Shown: positions 38,479 to 50,995, counted from the first letter of the stretch. The stretch: 64,000 nucleotides of DNA from Octopus sinensis (GCF_006345805.1 NC_042997.1:179180001-179244000), one strand, 5' to 3'. Notes: generated from the letters alone by a model not told the origin. Numbers and translations: made by a program.

Positions 38479-40392
38479 AAACGAATTCCGAAAGAATTGT
38501 TTGTATAGCTGATAGTACAGGAAACATGCCCTCAGCCATGCAAACACCTCGTTTGTCTATTTTTTAAATCTCTTATGAAGGAGAATTTGCAGCAATTTTA
38601 AAATTTATAGTCCTTACGGATATTCAACTTATGCGACATTTCACGATCTCGTCTTTCAAGAAATTTTAATTATAATATTTAAAATTAATGCGAAAATAAT
38701 ATTTTAAATTCATTGTTTTATTTTGTAACCTCTACAGCATGGAAATTAGTTGTGAATTTGAAATATTTTTGCGGAAAAATGTTCATTATAAAATAATTAA
38801 TAGGCTATATATCAAGTGATATTGCCTTTTGTTTCCTAAACCACAAATTTAAATACCTTCTCTTAGGAGAATTTCCTACGATATTATCTTAGTTGGTTAT
38901 ATGAATGACTGAGTGAGGTTGAAAGAAACGGGAAAGAAAATAGAAAACAGAAACGGACGTAGCTATATATTGTAAAAGAGATTGGCTGAAAGAAATAAAT
39001 GATTGAAAACAGTATGATTGGTACATTTTGGGGTGTGTTAGTGTAATAGGTGTTTTAGAATCTTAATTACAAATGATTGTAACTCTCGTTAAGTACTAGA
39101 CTCCTCGTATATCTACTAAACTTATACATTGATGGTAGAAATTATTGACCTGATGGGTCATATTCATCCAAGAAATGCTTCACAAATAAAAGGGAAAATT
39201 GTAAACTAACTTGCAAAATTTATAAAAAGAAAGATTGGTTTTTCGTACTCGTTGGTATTAGTGATAGTTTCCCAATTTCTTGCTTTATTATCATAGAAAA
39301 GAAGTTACCATATAGAGTAATTGATTGGAAGCTGAGGAAATGTTCTTTTTCTACATTTTATGAGAAATACTTATTATTTATTGTTGGCGTTACCAAATAA
39401 TATTGGTTTATATTCCGAAAATATGCCAAACTCTGTATTTGTAAGAGTAGGAAAATCGTTAAGGATGATATTCGTGCTACAAATACATATGAGATATTGT
39501 GCTAATTTAGCTAATCAACACTCTTATAAACAACAAACTAAGTAAGTAGGTATCATATAATATTTTTTATCAACAGAGCAACAATAGCCTTGTTTAAGTT
39601 TTAAATTTCTTTATGGTACCTAATTTTTTTCCAAAATTACATCATGCATTTAAAGTACATCTTGTTTGATATACTCTTCAGTATCTCAAGTCAATAATAT
39701 ACAAAACTACCATTCAACTACTGCCGTAGTTGAATAATATTCGTAAGGCCGCTGCACATTTCAGAGCTTGTTGCTAATTCAGTTCTTAAGCAAATCGAAA
39801 CTGTTAACATGTTGCAGTGGTTAGTCCCTAGCTACGTTTTGGCATAAAACAAAATCGAGATTTGATCCAGTACAAAAAGTTTACATCCAAATTTGTAACA
39901 ACGTTATGGGAGAATAAGTAACGCCACCAATCAAGTTTAGATCTGAATAACATTTTTATTTTAAAAGCAAAATATATTTATCTTAGCTTCAGTGATAGAA
40001 GAAATCATGAAGAATCTCATAGTTTTGTTCACATGCAACAAATGCTTGTATCAAAAATATCATGAAAATAGATACAAGTAATGCAAAGATTTGGATTTAA
40101 GTATAATAATATTTTTTTAATTTTAAAAACAAACTATATTTTATTCAAGCTTAGATGATAGAGCTGAATGCGAGGAATTTCATGCTATCAATCTCATGCA
40201 ATGAAGTTTTAAATGAAAAACGTTATGAGTGTTTCTTTCTCAAATTTTATGAATATAGTAGTTCTATAAGGGGACATTTAATATATGTCACCGGCGTCAT
40301 TGAGGTAAGGAAAACATTATCAACAGCACTGCTAATTGACACATTTGACATATTATCAACTAGCATAATAACATAGCCTGGAAAAAACGTGG

Positions 40393-40582
40393 ATTACATG
40401 GAAAAATGCGAGCAAGAGAAATAATATTCTTAAGATTATAAACCTGGAAAGTAAAAATGTCCTTATTCTGTACTTAACCAGATGTAATTAGTTATCCTGA
40501 ACTTTTCCAAGTGTAACTTGTAATTTTGCAGGTTTGTAATCTTAAGAATATTATTTCTCTTGCTCACAGTTTTCCATGTAAT
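40393..40582. repeat. Inverted repeat with about 58-bp arms and about 74-bp spacer
   Basis: attacatggaaaaatgcgagcaagagaaataatattcttaagattataaacctggaaa versus tttgcaggtttgtaatcttaagaatattatttctcttgctcacagttttccatgtaat (about 4 mismatches). Confidence 0.9.
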
Positions 40583-41274
40583 AATATACAGAATATAATA
40601 GGAAATTTTTCATTGACTGTAATTTTCAGCTTTATGAAAAAGTAATAAGGAGTTGCTGAATAATTTAATCAACACATATTGGATCAAGTGAAACAAGTAT
40701 TATGATGTTATATATTACAGCATTGTCAGTGGAAAATTTACTTTAATTTGTATATCTCTACCCTTTATAGGTACCAAAAAATATCCCCCCTTATGAAACA
40801 TACTTTCTAGGAAGTTAATTAATTTATGCGCTACTAACATGTGTAACCTCTCTGAAATACATCAGTAAACTCGCATCAATCTTCGTCTGGAAGCAGAGAT
40901 CCTTTAAAATGAAAATGATTGATTAATGTATCGGAATGCAGCTCAAAGTTATTCTTTATGGATTTGGTTGCAAGTGCCATTGAGTGATTGAAAAGAGTTT
41001 CCTGTTTAAATGCTTTCACATGCACTTCGAAAGTCCTTGTCGGAACATAGTGGAGAAAAAATGAGTTTTTTTTAGATTTTCTAGTGAAAGCACAACTTAA
41101 GTTTCATGTTCAAAAGAAAGAAAAAATAATTTATAACATGTGAAAGAATACAAATTTAAACTTTTTGCCTAATGACATTATCCTCCCACATCGTGAGTTC
41201 GTCTTAACAGATAGATTGTCTAGTTACTTAGTACAATTATCACATAGTTTCGTTCGATAAAAATTTTCAACAAT

Positions 41275-41323
<49 letters not shown>

Positions 41324-42019
41324 CAATTTATATTCTGTTCCCTACAAAGCATCATAAATCATTTATGTCTGAATTTGAATTATATTTTTAGTAAGTTCTT
41401 TTTCACAATCGTGTGTAAACACACAGAAAGTTTGAATTAACTTTATTTTTAAGAATTAATCTTATTAAAGAGATAAAGTCGCGTACACATTTATTTAATG
41501 TAAAGAACTATAGAATTTCTAATCACGCATTATCGCGTTAATATTGGAACTTCATATTTTTGTTTCTCCTCTTACCTTTCCTTTTCTTATACTTCAAGTA
41601 TTTCGATAAAGATTACATTGTTGCTCTTTTATTGAGTGTTCGTGATAAGAGCTTATCACACATTTGAGATGAAGATTCCGGAAACATAAAGAATTTACTG
41701 GAAACGCTAATCTAAGAAAAGTAAATTCAATTTTACAGTAGTAGAGATGTCTGATTTACAAATGAAATTTCTAGTTTGAGAATTTCCATTTTTCACTTTG
41801 TCTATTGAAAGATAATACAAAAAAAATTAAATATAAACTTATTAGAGAAACATAATATATACGCCCATTCTTTCTTTCCATTTTTTCTCTCCCTCTCTGT
41901 ATACACACATACATACAGGTGTACGAGTTCAATTTTATGATTTTTGATGTCTGTTTTTTTTTCCTCGGCAACACTTTTGATGTATTGGTGAACATTCAAC
42001 GCGCTGGATATCTTAAAGA

Positions 42020-42730
42020 GCAAAGGTGTAGTTTAGTAAAAGTTAGCTGACATGGTGGGGGAGTGGAATCTGAGTGAATATTGGAAAAGAGTTACGTGTG
42101 TCATGAAAATTCGTGCCGGCTATCAAATTGACTGCTCTTCCCTTCTCCATAAACATTGCAAAAGCTGTAGGACAGTTGCAACGGAGATTACAAAGTTGAG
42201 GCCGCAGAAGGGGACGGTGAAGGTGTTCTGACACCATCTGCGCGCGGAAATTCATCCAGCAACTCATAAACAGAGCCTTAAGCTCAATTCAGACGGCTTT
42301 GTGAAGCAGCTGAAACCTTGGCCTAGAGGGGTTTGCCGCTGGAAGGCCAGATGTGTGTCAACAAGATTCAGCTCCTTGCAATCCCGGAAAGGATCAGAAT
42401 GTGTTGTCTTAGAATTTCTACGACTTCACCAGCCCCAATTTTTAACGACCTAATTCCCTCGATTATAATCCCAAGGGATACAATGTATTGGGCGCGATTC
42501 TGAAAGACACCGACAACGCGCCTGCACCACCAAGGCTGAGCTAGAGGTCAAGGTCAAAGAGGTGCTTGAATGTCTTCTGAAGGGCACTCTGAGGAACGCA
42601 TGCGCCATTTCTGGACACGATTTCAAGCCGTGATGGAAGATAGAGGCGGCTAGTGTGGACGAACTGTTATCTCCTAGCCATAATTTAGCTCATAATTTTG
42701 ATTTTTTGGAAGGAATATTGTATTTTCTTT
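42020..42730 (+). mobile_element. Tc1/mariner superfamily transposase remnant, DD37D/maT-like
   Basis: QSLKLNSDGFVK..KPW..AAGRPDVCQQDSAPC...NFYDFTSPNF*RPNSLDYNPKGYNVLGAI...TKAELEVKVKEVLECLLKGTLRNACAISGHDF. Internally deleted. Confidence 0.8.
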
Positions 42731-42989
42731 TCCTTTTATGGAAACTGTCAAATTTAGCCTGTATACTCAGTACGTAAATATATGCGTGAATATATATGCA
42801 TATATGTGTGTGCCTGTGAGTGCGTGAGTGTTTGGGCATATGTATATGAGCGTTTTTATGTGAATTTGTATGAGCACGTAGTTGAAACAAAATAAAAAAT
42901 ATATTGTACACTTTTACAAATATCTCTGGGATTTGAAAATCCTGTTGTTGACAATACAGTGATTGTCAGGCTCAGCTGGCGGTAGATTC

Positions 42990-43250
42990 GATCTAGGGGC
43001 TTTTCCTCTCCCAGGATTTGTTCCTGGCATCCTCAAAGCTGGAGATAGCTTAGTAGTATGAGCTTCTCCACTTCAGTGCTACCAACGCCCATATCTTCAG
43101 ATTTATCTTCAATATTTTCAAACTGGTCTTTAGATAGTCCTTATACGGAGCAGGGGGCGACTTTGATACCTGACGCCAGATCGAAGATCTCCATAAAACA
43201 GGATGCTCCCGAGGTAGCAGCATTTGACAAAGCATCCAGATAGGAACTGT
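42990..43250 (-). mobile_element. RTE-clade LINE C-terminal fragment
   Basis: ILFYGDLRSGVRYQSRP / YKDYLKTSLK...IWALVALKWRS...SSFEDAR matches the RTE/BovB pattern LYGEL..G.R..G.P..RYKD..K..LK...W...A..R..WR. Confidence 0.75.
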
Positions 43251-43343
43251 TTAGCGTTTACAATAGGAAAGTGATTTTGTGTGTTCAGGTGCTGGATAAA
43301 CATGCACAAACATGTGCACAAATCAGCCAATACCTCTGAATAC

Positions 43344-43368
43344 GATATATATATATATACATATATAC

Positions 43369-43400
<32 letters not shown>

Positions 43401-43423
43401 ATACATAATATATATACATATAT

Positions 43424-43456
<33 letters not shown>

Positions 43457-43497
43457 TATATGCATATGTATATATGCGTATATATGTATATCTATCT

Positions 43498-43528
<31 letters not shown>

Positions 43529-43573
43529 TACATATATGCATATGTATATATGCGTATATATGTATATCTATCT

Positions 43574-43606
<33 letters not shown>

Positions 43607-44306
43607 TATATGCATATGTATATATGCGTATATATGTATATCTATCTATACATATATATAATATATATACATATATATACATATAGATATATATACATAT
43701 AATATATATACATATATACATATATAATATATACATTATATATATATACATAGATATTATACATATATATAATACATATATATATATACATATATACTAT
43801 ATACATATATAACATATATACATATATATAATATATATACATATATATATAGATACATATATACATATATATATACATATATATATACATATATACATAT
43901 ATATATATATACATATATACATACTATATATAATATATACATATATACTATATATATACATATATAACATATATACATATATACATATATACATACATAT
44001 ATACATATATATATCATATATATATATATATATAATATATACATATACATATATACATATTATATATATATACATATACATATATATATACATATATACA
44101 TCTATATATATATATATACATTATATATATATATACATATACATATATACTATATATACATATATATCTATATACATATATATATAATATATACATATAT
44201 ATATATATACATATATATTATATACATATATATATACATATACATATATATAATATATATACATATTATATACTATATATATACTATATATACATATATA
44301 ATATAC

Positions 44307-44341
<35 letters not shown>

Positions 44342-44342
44342 C

Positions 44343-44380
<38 letters not shown>

Positions 44381-44430
44381 GATATATATATATATATATG
44401 TATATATAGATATACATATACATACTTACA
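43344..44430. repeat. About 1.1-kb TA/TACA low-complexity tract, including about 3 copies of a roughly 60-bp unit
   Basis: catatatgcatatgtatatatgcgtatatatgtatatctatctatacat is repeated at about 43455, 43530 and 43605; the rest is degenerate (TA)n. Confidence 0.9.
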
Positions 44431-44995
44431 TATATACCGGAGTAAACAAATATTTGCGAAACAAGGTGGGAAAAATATTACTCGAATACCATATATATAT
44501 ATATATATATACATGCATATATACCCATATGAATAGGCGAATGCATATATGGAACCGTGGGTGTGTTATATTCATAAATACATGCATGTATCTATTTAGG
44601 TTCGTAAGTAACATTTGGGAAACAAACAAAGGAATGTGGCATTGATGATGAATAGGATTGAGTTGCCAGGTGAAGAGGAAATCACAGACTATTATACAAA
44701 ATACCGATCAACAAATAAACATGCACACTTATATACGTGCGCATGTATGATATAATCTAGTATGGGTGTGTACTCACGTTACTCTGTGTATGGTATATTA
44801 GTTGCAATAAGTTGACTAAAGTAGCTTATATTTTGAAGGACATTGTTCACTCCGCATATGTGCGTTTGCTGAATCCAGAATTGTTTTCGGCATACATACA
44901 TACATACATACATACATACATACATACATACATGCGTACATACATATTCATGCATATAAATAATATATACATATACATACATATACATACATACA

Positions 44996-45303
44996 TTCTG
45001 TGATAGCCTGGGCTTCCGAGGCCCACAGCTCTTCAATATCCTCCCGAAGAACCTGAGAGACCTGCATGGGGTGGATACAGATGTCTTTAAAATGAAGCTG
45101 GATCTCTTCCTGTCAGGTGTCCCAGATGAACCAACTTCACGGCAGGAGGGGCAGATGAGGGCAGCTGCATCGAACTCTCTCATGCACCAAATAGCAGTTG
45201 CTAGAAAGCCTCAATGAAGTGAAACCAAGTAGCAACACCAAATGGCGGTGCCCCAGCATGGCCACAGCTCATAAGCTGAAACTAGAATCAATCAATCAAT
45301 CAA
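44996..45303 (+). mobile_element. CR1-clade LINE, 5'-truncated young 3' end
   Basis: Open frame FCDSLGFRGPQLFNILPKNLRDLHGVDTDVFKMKLDLFLSGVPDEPTSRQEGQMRAAASNSLMHQIAVARKPQ* (stop 45215-45217), short 3'UTR, (AATC)n tail. Inserted in an (ATAC)n tract with acatatacatac on both sides. Confidence 0.85.
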
Positions 45304-45488
45304 AAAAACATATACATACACATACATAGATACATATATATATATACATATATATATACATATACATATGCATATATACATATATACATCTATATATACA
45401 TATATACACACATATAGTTAGATGCGGTAAATATATCTATACCTATCTTCCTCTCTCTCTCTCTTTCACTCTCTCCTTTACTCTCCCC

Positions 45489-45526
<38 letters not shown>

Positions 45527-45578
45527 GTTTTTGTATGTGTGTAGGTGTTTTTGCATGTGCATTTTTGTGTGTGTGTAC

Positions 45579-45611
<33 letters not shown>

Positions 45612-46023
45612 CGCACAGATATGTATTTACATGTGTATAACTGTTTATATATAGTCATTCATATACAAGTGCGTATGTAAACTATGTTTGTTTTTATATT
45701 TGTGGGTGACGGAAACAAATATTAGAAAAAGTTTGGAAATTATAAACTAGAATTTTTAAATAAATGTGCCTGCAAGGAAAACACAGTTCAAACTTTTACA
45801 ATTTGACGTGGTTTGTGTTTCAAATATATTTTCTTTTTATAATTCTGAACAGCAATCTATCTGTTGTAATTTTCTATATTTTTGCTCTTTATTCATCTTC
45901 CCTGTTTGTGTACACACACAAACACACCTATTTACACACACACACATATATATACACATATATATATATATGTATGTATATATATATATCTATATATATC
46001 TATATCTATATATATATATGTAC

Positions 46024-46054
<31 letters not shown>

Positions 46055-46850
46055 ATTGTATGAGTATATATAGATATATTTATCTATTTATATATACATA
46101 TACATATGTATTCGGATATATAAACAGAAAAAATCATACAAAAACTATGCACTTAATCATCGAAACACCCACACTTAGACAATTTTTTGCAGTTACCTTA
46201 AAAATACTTTCTTTATATATAGTCGTGCATATACACATAATGCAATTTTTTATGTATGTAAATGTATATGCATGTCTGCGTGTGTCTTTATATATCGGAA
46301 AACAACTCATTAATCTGATATCAAGAATATATCAACATCATAAATGGTAACATTATTATTTTTGCTTCTGCCTGAACAATTTCTCCTTGACACACCACTA
46401 CATTTATATGGAAGTATAATTTTGATCGTTTTTCTCCCTCCGCATATAGATTCTCAAATATTATCTCCGATATTTTTCTCATCATTCAAAAATAATCTAT
46501 CGACACCGACACACGTGCATACCAGAAACGCATATATATAAACTCGCAAGTCTTACAAATGACTGCCCCAAGTCAATATATGCAATATTATAAAAATCAT
46601 TCTTTTATAGTTATATTTCTTGTGACTTTCACAGCAATTGAACAATAAAAAAAAACAGAAAATGCATTCCCGGTTCTAAAATGAACTTTTTTTTTTTTAT
46701 ATTGTTTTGATAAATACAAAGCAAAAGATAACGTACAACGAAATTACACATCTAAATGCTTTTAAATCTGCATATTTCTGTATATTCGAATTAATTTTTA
46801 AATCAAAATGTTTCACTGAAATATGAATTGAAAAATACATTATGTTCGTA

Positions 46851-46908
<58 letters not shown>

Positions 46909-47213
46909 GTGGATATATGCATATATGCCGTGTAGACACCCGATCAGATACAAACAAATACTGATGCAGATTTATCTAAACAACTTACTTAGAAATGTAT
47001 GTTAAAATATTACGACCGTTATAATTTGATTCTGATAATATTTGTATTCTATCTCCATGTTAATGGGGTCGGAGTAAAAAAGGTAATCGATTTGGTGTAC
47101 TTTTCTTCATATAGAGGGGGGTTGAAATCAATGTTATATTTATGCATGTAATCGTATATATATATATATATATAATATATATACAAAAGTAGAGATAGAT
47201 AAACTGACTGATT

Positions 47214-47259
<46 letters not shown>

Positions 47260-47869
47260 AAGATAATGCTGACTGATTATTTTTAGAAACAGAAATGATT
47301 TCTTAGAGACACAATTTAGAGGCAGTCTCTCTTCTACACGCAGTCTCTCTCGCACACGCACACTCTTATCTCTCTCTGTATTTCTCTGTCTGTCTCTGTA
47401 TATCTGTCTCTTTCTCTATCTTTCTCGCTTATTGGAAGCTGATGATTCTTGTATCACATTTTCGGGCTTCCCATAATGGAGACAGGCTGTTTGCAGAACC
47501 ATTTTTGGGGAAGACACACATGTCTTTATGCTCGAAGTGAAACTTCTTGAGAGCTTGTGAAGATCCTATATGAAAGCATTTGTCAACTCGCAAACAAATT
47601 ATATATACATACATATATACACACACGTGTATTATATATATCTATATATATATATGTATGTATGTATATATATAGTAAAAATAAGTAACAAGTATATCTT
47701 CGATAATTTGGTACAATCGTTTCATGCTACTTCATTTTATTAAACATTGTAACTATTACATCAGTTTTTAAATGTTGAGCAATCTTCAGCCATTTATAGA
47801 AGTCTTCCATCCAACGGACAATACATATACTTATTTCCATCTCGGTTACCAACATTATACAGAGTTTCA

Positions 47870-48029
47870 AATTTGATATCTGGGTCCTCGTTCCTAAAGT
47901 ATTTTTTCGATGTTGTTATTATTATTATTATTATTATTCATGTCACTGCTTGGAATCGAACTCGGAATCTTGGGGTTAGTAGCCCGTGCTCTTAACCCCA
48001 AAATTATGAGTTCGATTCCAGGCTGTGAT

Positions 48030-48064
<35 letters not shown>

Positions 48065-48250
48065 TAATAATAATAATAATAATTACATAAAAATATCTTA
48101 AGAATGAGACCCAGGTTCAAGACACCTGATGAAGGCTGGAGGGTATATCAGCCGAAATGTTGTGTTAACAACAAACAAGATGTGAACAAATATCCGTCAA
48201 ATGTAAATAATGTAAATAATGTACATAATTCATCTCTTAAATATAGAACG
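47870..48250. mobile_element. Inverted pair of tRNA-headed (AAT)n elements; the plus-strand arm carries a hammerhead
   Basis: The minus arm reads GGTTAAGAGCACGGGCTACTAACCCCAAGATTCCGAGTTCGATTCC...(AAT)n...AGGACCCA. The plus arm reads AACCCCAAAATTATGAGTTCGATTCC...(AAT)n...GAGACCCAGG followed by the hammerhead. B boxes at 47952-47963 (-) and 48008-48019 (+). Confidence 0.75.
48121..48166 (+). ncRNA. Minimal type-I hammerhead ribozyme motif
   Basis: GACAC-CTGATGA-A-GGCTG-gagggtatat-CAGCC-GAAA-TG-TT-GTGTT. Stem I is GACAC/GTGTT and stem II is GGCTG/CAGCC. Predicted GUU cleavage after 48161. Confidence 0.7.
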
Positions 48251-48596
48251 GTATCAATAATGACTACTTCCGAGAAAAATCGGCGGCAGCAATGGGAACA
48301 CGAGCTGCACCTTCTTTTGTGAACCTGATAATGAGCTATCTCGAAATGAAACTTTACCAGAAAACACTCGAGAAATATGGAATCTCCTTTTTAACCTACA
48401 TTCAAAACAACTGGAAAAGATATCTCGATGTCTGCTTCATCCTCAAGAATGAAATTGTAAAAAAATTTATGAATTCAAAACACTTCTAAATAGAATAAAT
48501 GAAAACCTACAATTTACGATAGAGTATAACCAGTAGCAACTACTGTTTTTAGATATCCTTCTTACGAAAATCGGGAACAAAACGGAAACAGATATC
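48251..48596 (+). mobile_element. Penelope-like element reverse transcriptase fragment
   Basis: INNDYFREKSAAAMGTRAAPSFVNLIMSYLE...NWKRYLDVCFI, then after a frameshift LNRINENLQFTIEYNQ*QLLFLDILLTKIGNKTETDI. These match the PLE motifs GTAMG..AP..ANL.M, W.RY.DD and FT.E...LPFLD. Confidence 0.9.
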
Positions 48597-48680
48597 AGTG
48601 TGTTTACGTTCCCGTTACCAAGCTGTTTGGCAAAAGAAACCGATAAAATAAGTACTTGGCTTCCAAAGAATAAGTTCTGT
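48597..48680 (+). mobile_element. SINE family A internal fragment
   Basis: gtgtgtttacgttcccgtta....gttt.gcaaaagaaaccgataaaataagtact.ggctt.caaagaataagt. Confidence 0.75.
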
Positions 48681-48976
48681 ATGTTAAATATTGAAGGCTG
48701 ATTCAATCTATGAGGAGATAATCTGACCATTTCTGTCTTAAAAATGACTAATTAGATGATTATGCAAAAATGCAATGTGTGGAAGAGAATGGTTAAATTC
48801 AAAGGTGTGTGATTATATACGGCATTCCGTATTCTTCTAAACAGAATCGTAGATAAGATGAAATATTTTTTGAGAATCTTCAGATAATAATGAAGTCATT
48901 AAATATTGGAGATAGCCGAATTATTTTATTCTAACGCAGTATAAATAAAACAACTATATTTGATTAAAAACAAATA

Positions 48977-50106
48977 TAGAAACAGGAGTAGAATCATAGT
49001 AGTTTCTTTGTACGAAGAAATAAATCATGTTATCAAATAAAGATACTGCATAAGTGTTAATGCACAGGAATATACGTTCTTTTCAGGCAAAGCACTAAAA
49101 GTAAATAAAAAGGAAATGGGGATAAAAAGTGCAAGCTTGCAATATGTGATGTGTAAGACTGTATAATCTGAAATAATTATTGAGTATGTAAATATATAAT
49201 TGGTTGAATTTCTGTTGATTAAAAACAAATATAGAAACTAAATACAGTAAAAAATCACACTTTATCATTATTGATTAATTGCCGTGCAGGAATTTGTATT
49301 GGTAAGCAGTTTAATAACTAAATGAAGAAAAGTAATCCTTTAGAATATAAAACAACCTTATCTGTTATTTACAAATGAGTATGACCTACAAGCTTATGCT
49401 AAGTTTTCCAATTTGCCTTGGGTGCCTAAATAGTCTAAATATACAGATACCTTTTAGATTATCCCACTCTTGGTATAATGGAATCTTTGAAGTGTGCCAA
49501 AATGCAGAAATGAGAGTTGCCTCAGTAGACTGCTGGTACTCGCTAGAGCAATGCAAAATAAATTGTCTTGCCGAAAGACACACGTATTCACTCCAGTTAT
49601 CATTTCTCACTTCCACAGCATTACGATAATGTGGACAACACCCTTACCACTAGGTTACATTTCTTACCTGATTGTTCGTCTTTTGTGTTTTCATTAGAAA
49701 ATAGTTGAGAATATAAATGAATGCAATAATGAAGAGCTAAAAAAGGTTAAAAGTTAGAAACAGGGGTAGAAGCATAGTAGTTTCTTTGTATGAAGAAATA
49801 AATCATGTTATCAAATAAAGATACTGCATAAGTGTTAATGCACAGGAATATACGTTCTATTCAGGCAAAGCACTAAAAGTAAATAAAAAGGTAATGGGGA
49901 TACAAAAAAGTGCAAGCTTGCAATATGTGATGTATAAGAGTGTATAACCTGAAATAATTATTGAGTATGTAAATATATAAATGGTTGAAATATTGTTGAT
50001 TAAAAACAAATATAGAAACTAAATACAGTAAAATATCAAACTTTATCATCATTGATTAATTGTCGTACAGGAATTTGTATTGGTAAGCAGTTTAATAACT
50101 AAATGA
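48977..50106 (+). repeat. Local direct duplication of about 350 bp (48977-49326 and 49755-50106)
   Basis: Both copies run tagaaacagg.gtagaa.catagtagtttctttgta ... ggtaagcagtttaataactaaatgaa, with scattered substitutions. Confidence 0.92.
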
Positions 50107-50995
50107 ATATATTATTTAGATGGATGTACAATTGTGTCTACATTTGAACAATTAAAAGAATGCAATAAATTGTTAATCACAACCACATTAAAATTTCCGG
50201 GTTAAGTAAATAGTATTTTATAGTTTCAACGATATACTATTATAAAATAGGAATGCTGCTATCACAAAACCCTAATGGTTGTTAGTGAAATCATTATGTT
50301 GTTATTAATATTATTATTATTATTATCAATATCATTATTATTATCATTATTTTTATTATGAATGACGGATAATAGGAAAATATTTTAGAACTATATGAAA
50401 ATTTTGGGGATATAAAGTATGAAAACAAAATATATATGCAGCGATATACCAGACGAAAGTGTGTTAAATAAATGATTAACTATCTAGAAATATAACAGGT
50501 CCTAAATAATATTTTAATGCTTTAACTGTCATGTGGCTGCAAGATGAGACTAACTATAAATGTCGTCCATGTAATTGAAGGTTGACGAGCACAACATGTG
50601 ATTTTTAATGCAAAGCTAACAAGGCTTTTTTCCCTTTTAGCGAAAGATTATACAAAAAATAAAAATGTTGTTGACTTTGTGTCTAAATACGTGTAGGCAG
50701 TGATATGCCGTATCTACTTTACTATTTTTAAAAATTTCGATGCTAAAAATTATTTTTAGCGAATTTGCGGTTGAATCTAGTTGTAAAATTGAAATTGAGT
50801 TATTGTTGACTTTCATTCAATAAACAATTATTTTCACCCCAAATATTTTTATGTGGGTGACTGTTGAAGCTGACAATCATAATTGAATGAATTTAGTTGT
50901 GTAATTAGCATTTTAATTGCAATAGACAAATGTACACTCATGGTCACGCAATATTGTGAATAGTTGAATATCAAAATTTAACATTATTAGATATA

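Noticed and set aside
39712-39735. Perfect 10-bp hairpin ATTCAACTAC-TGCC-GTAGTTGAAT (similar small hairpins at about 41642 and 52293)
   Set aside because: A few such short stems are expected by chance in 64 kb of AT-rich DNA, and there is no associated CTAG end or other context.
47700-47795. Minus-strand CTGAAGA-TTGCT...AGCAT-GAAACG hammerhead-like motif next to the PLE locus
   Set aside because: Suggestive of an inverted PLE terminal repeat, but the cleavage triplet and stem I are not in register, so it is not called.
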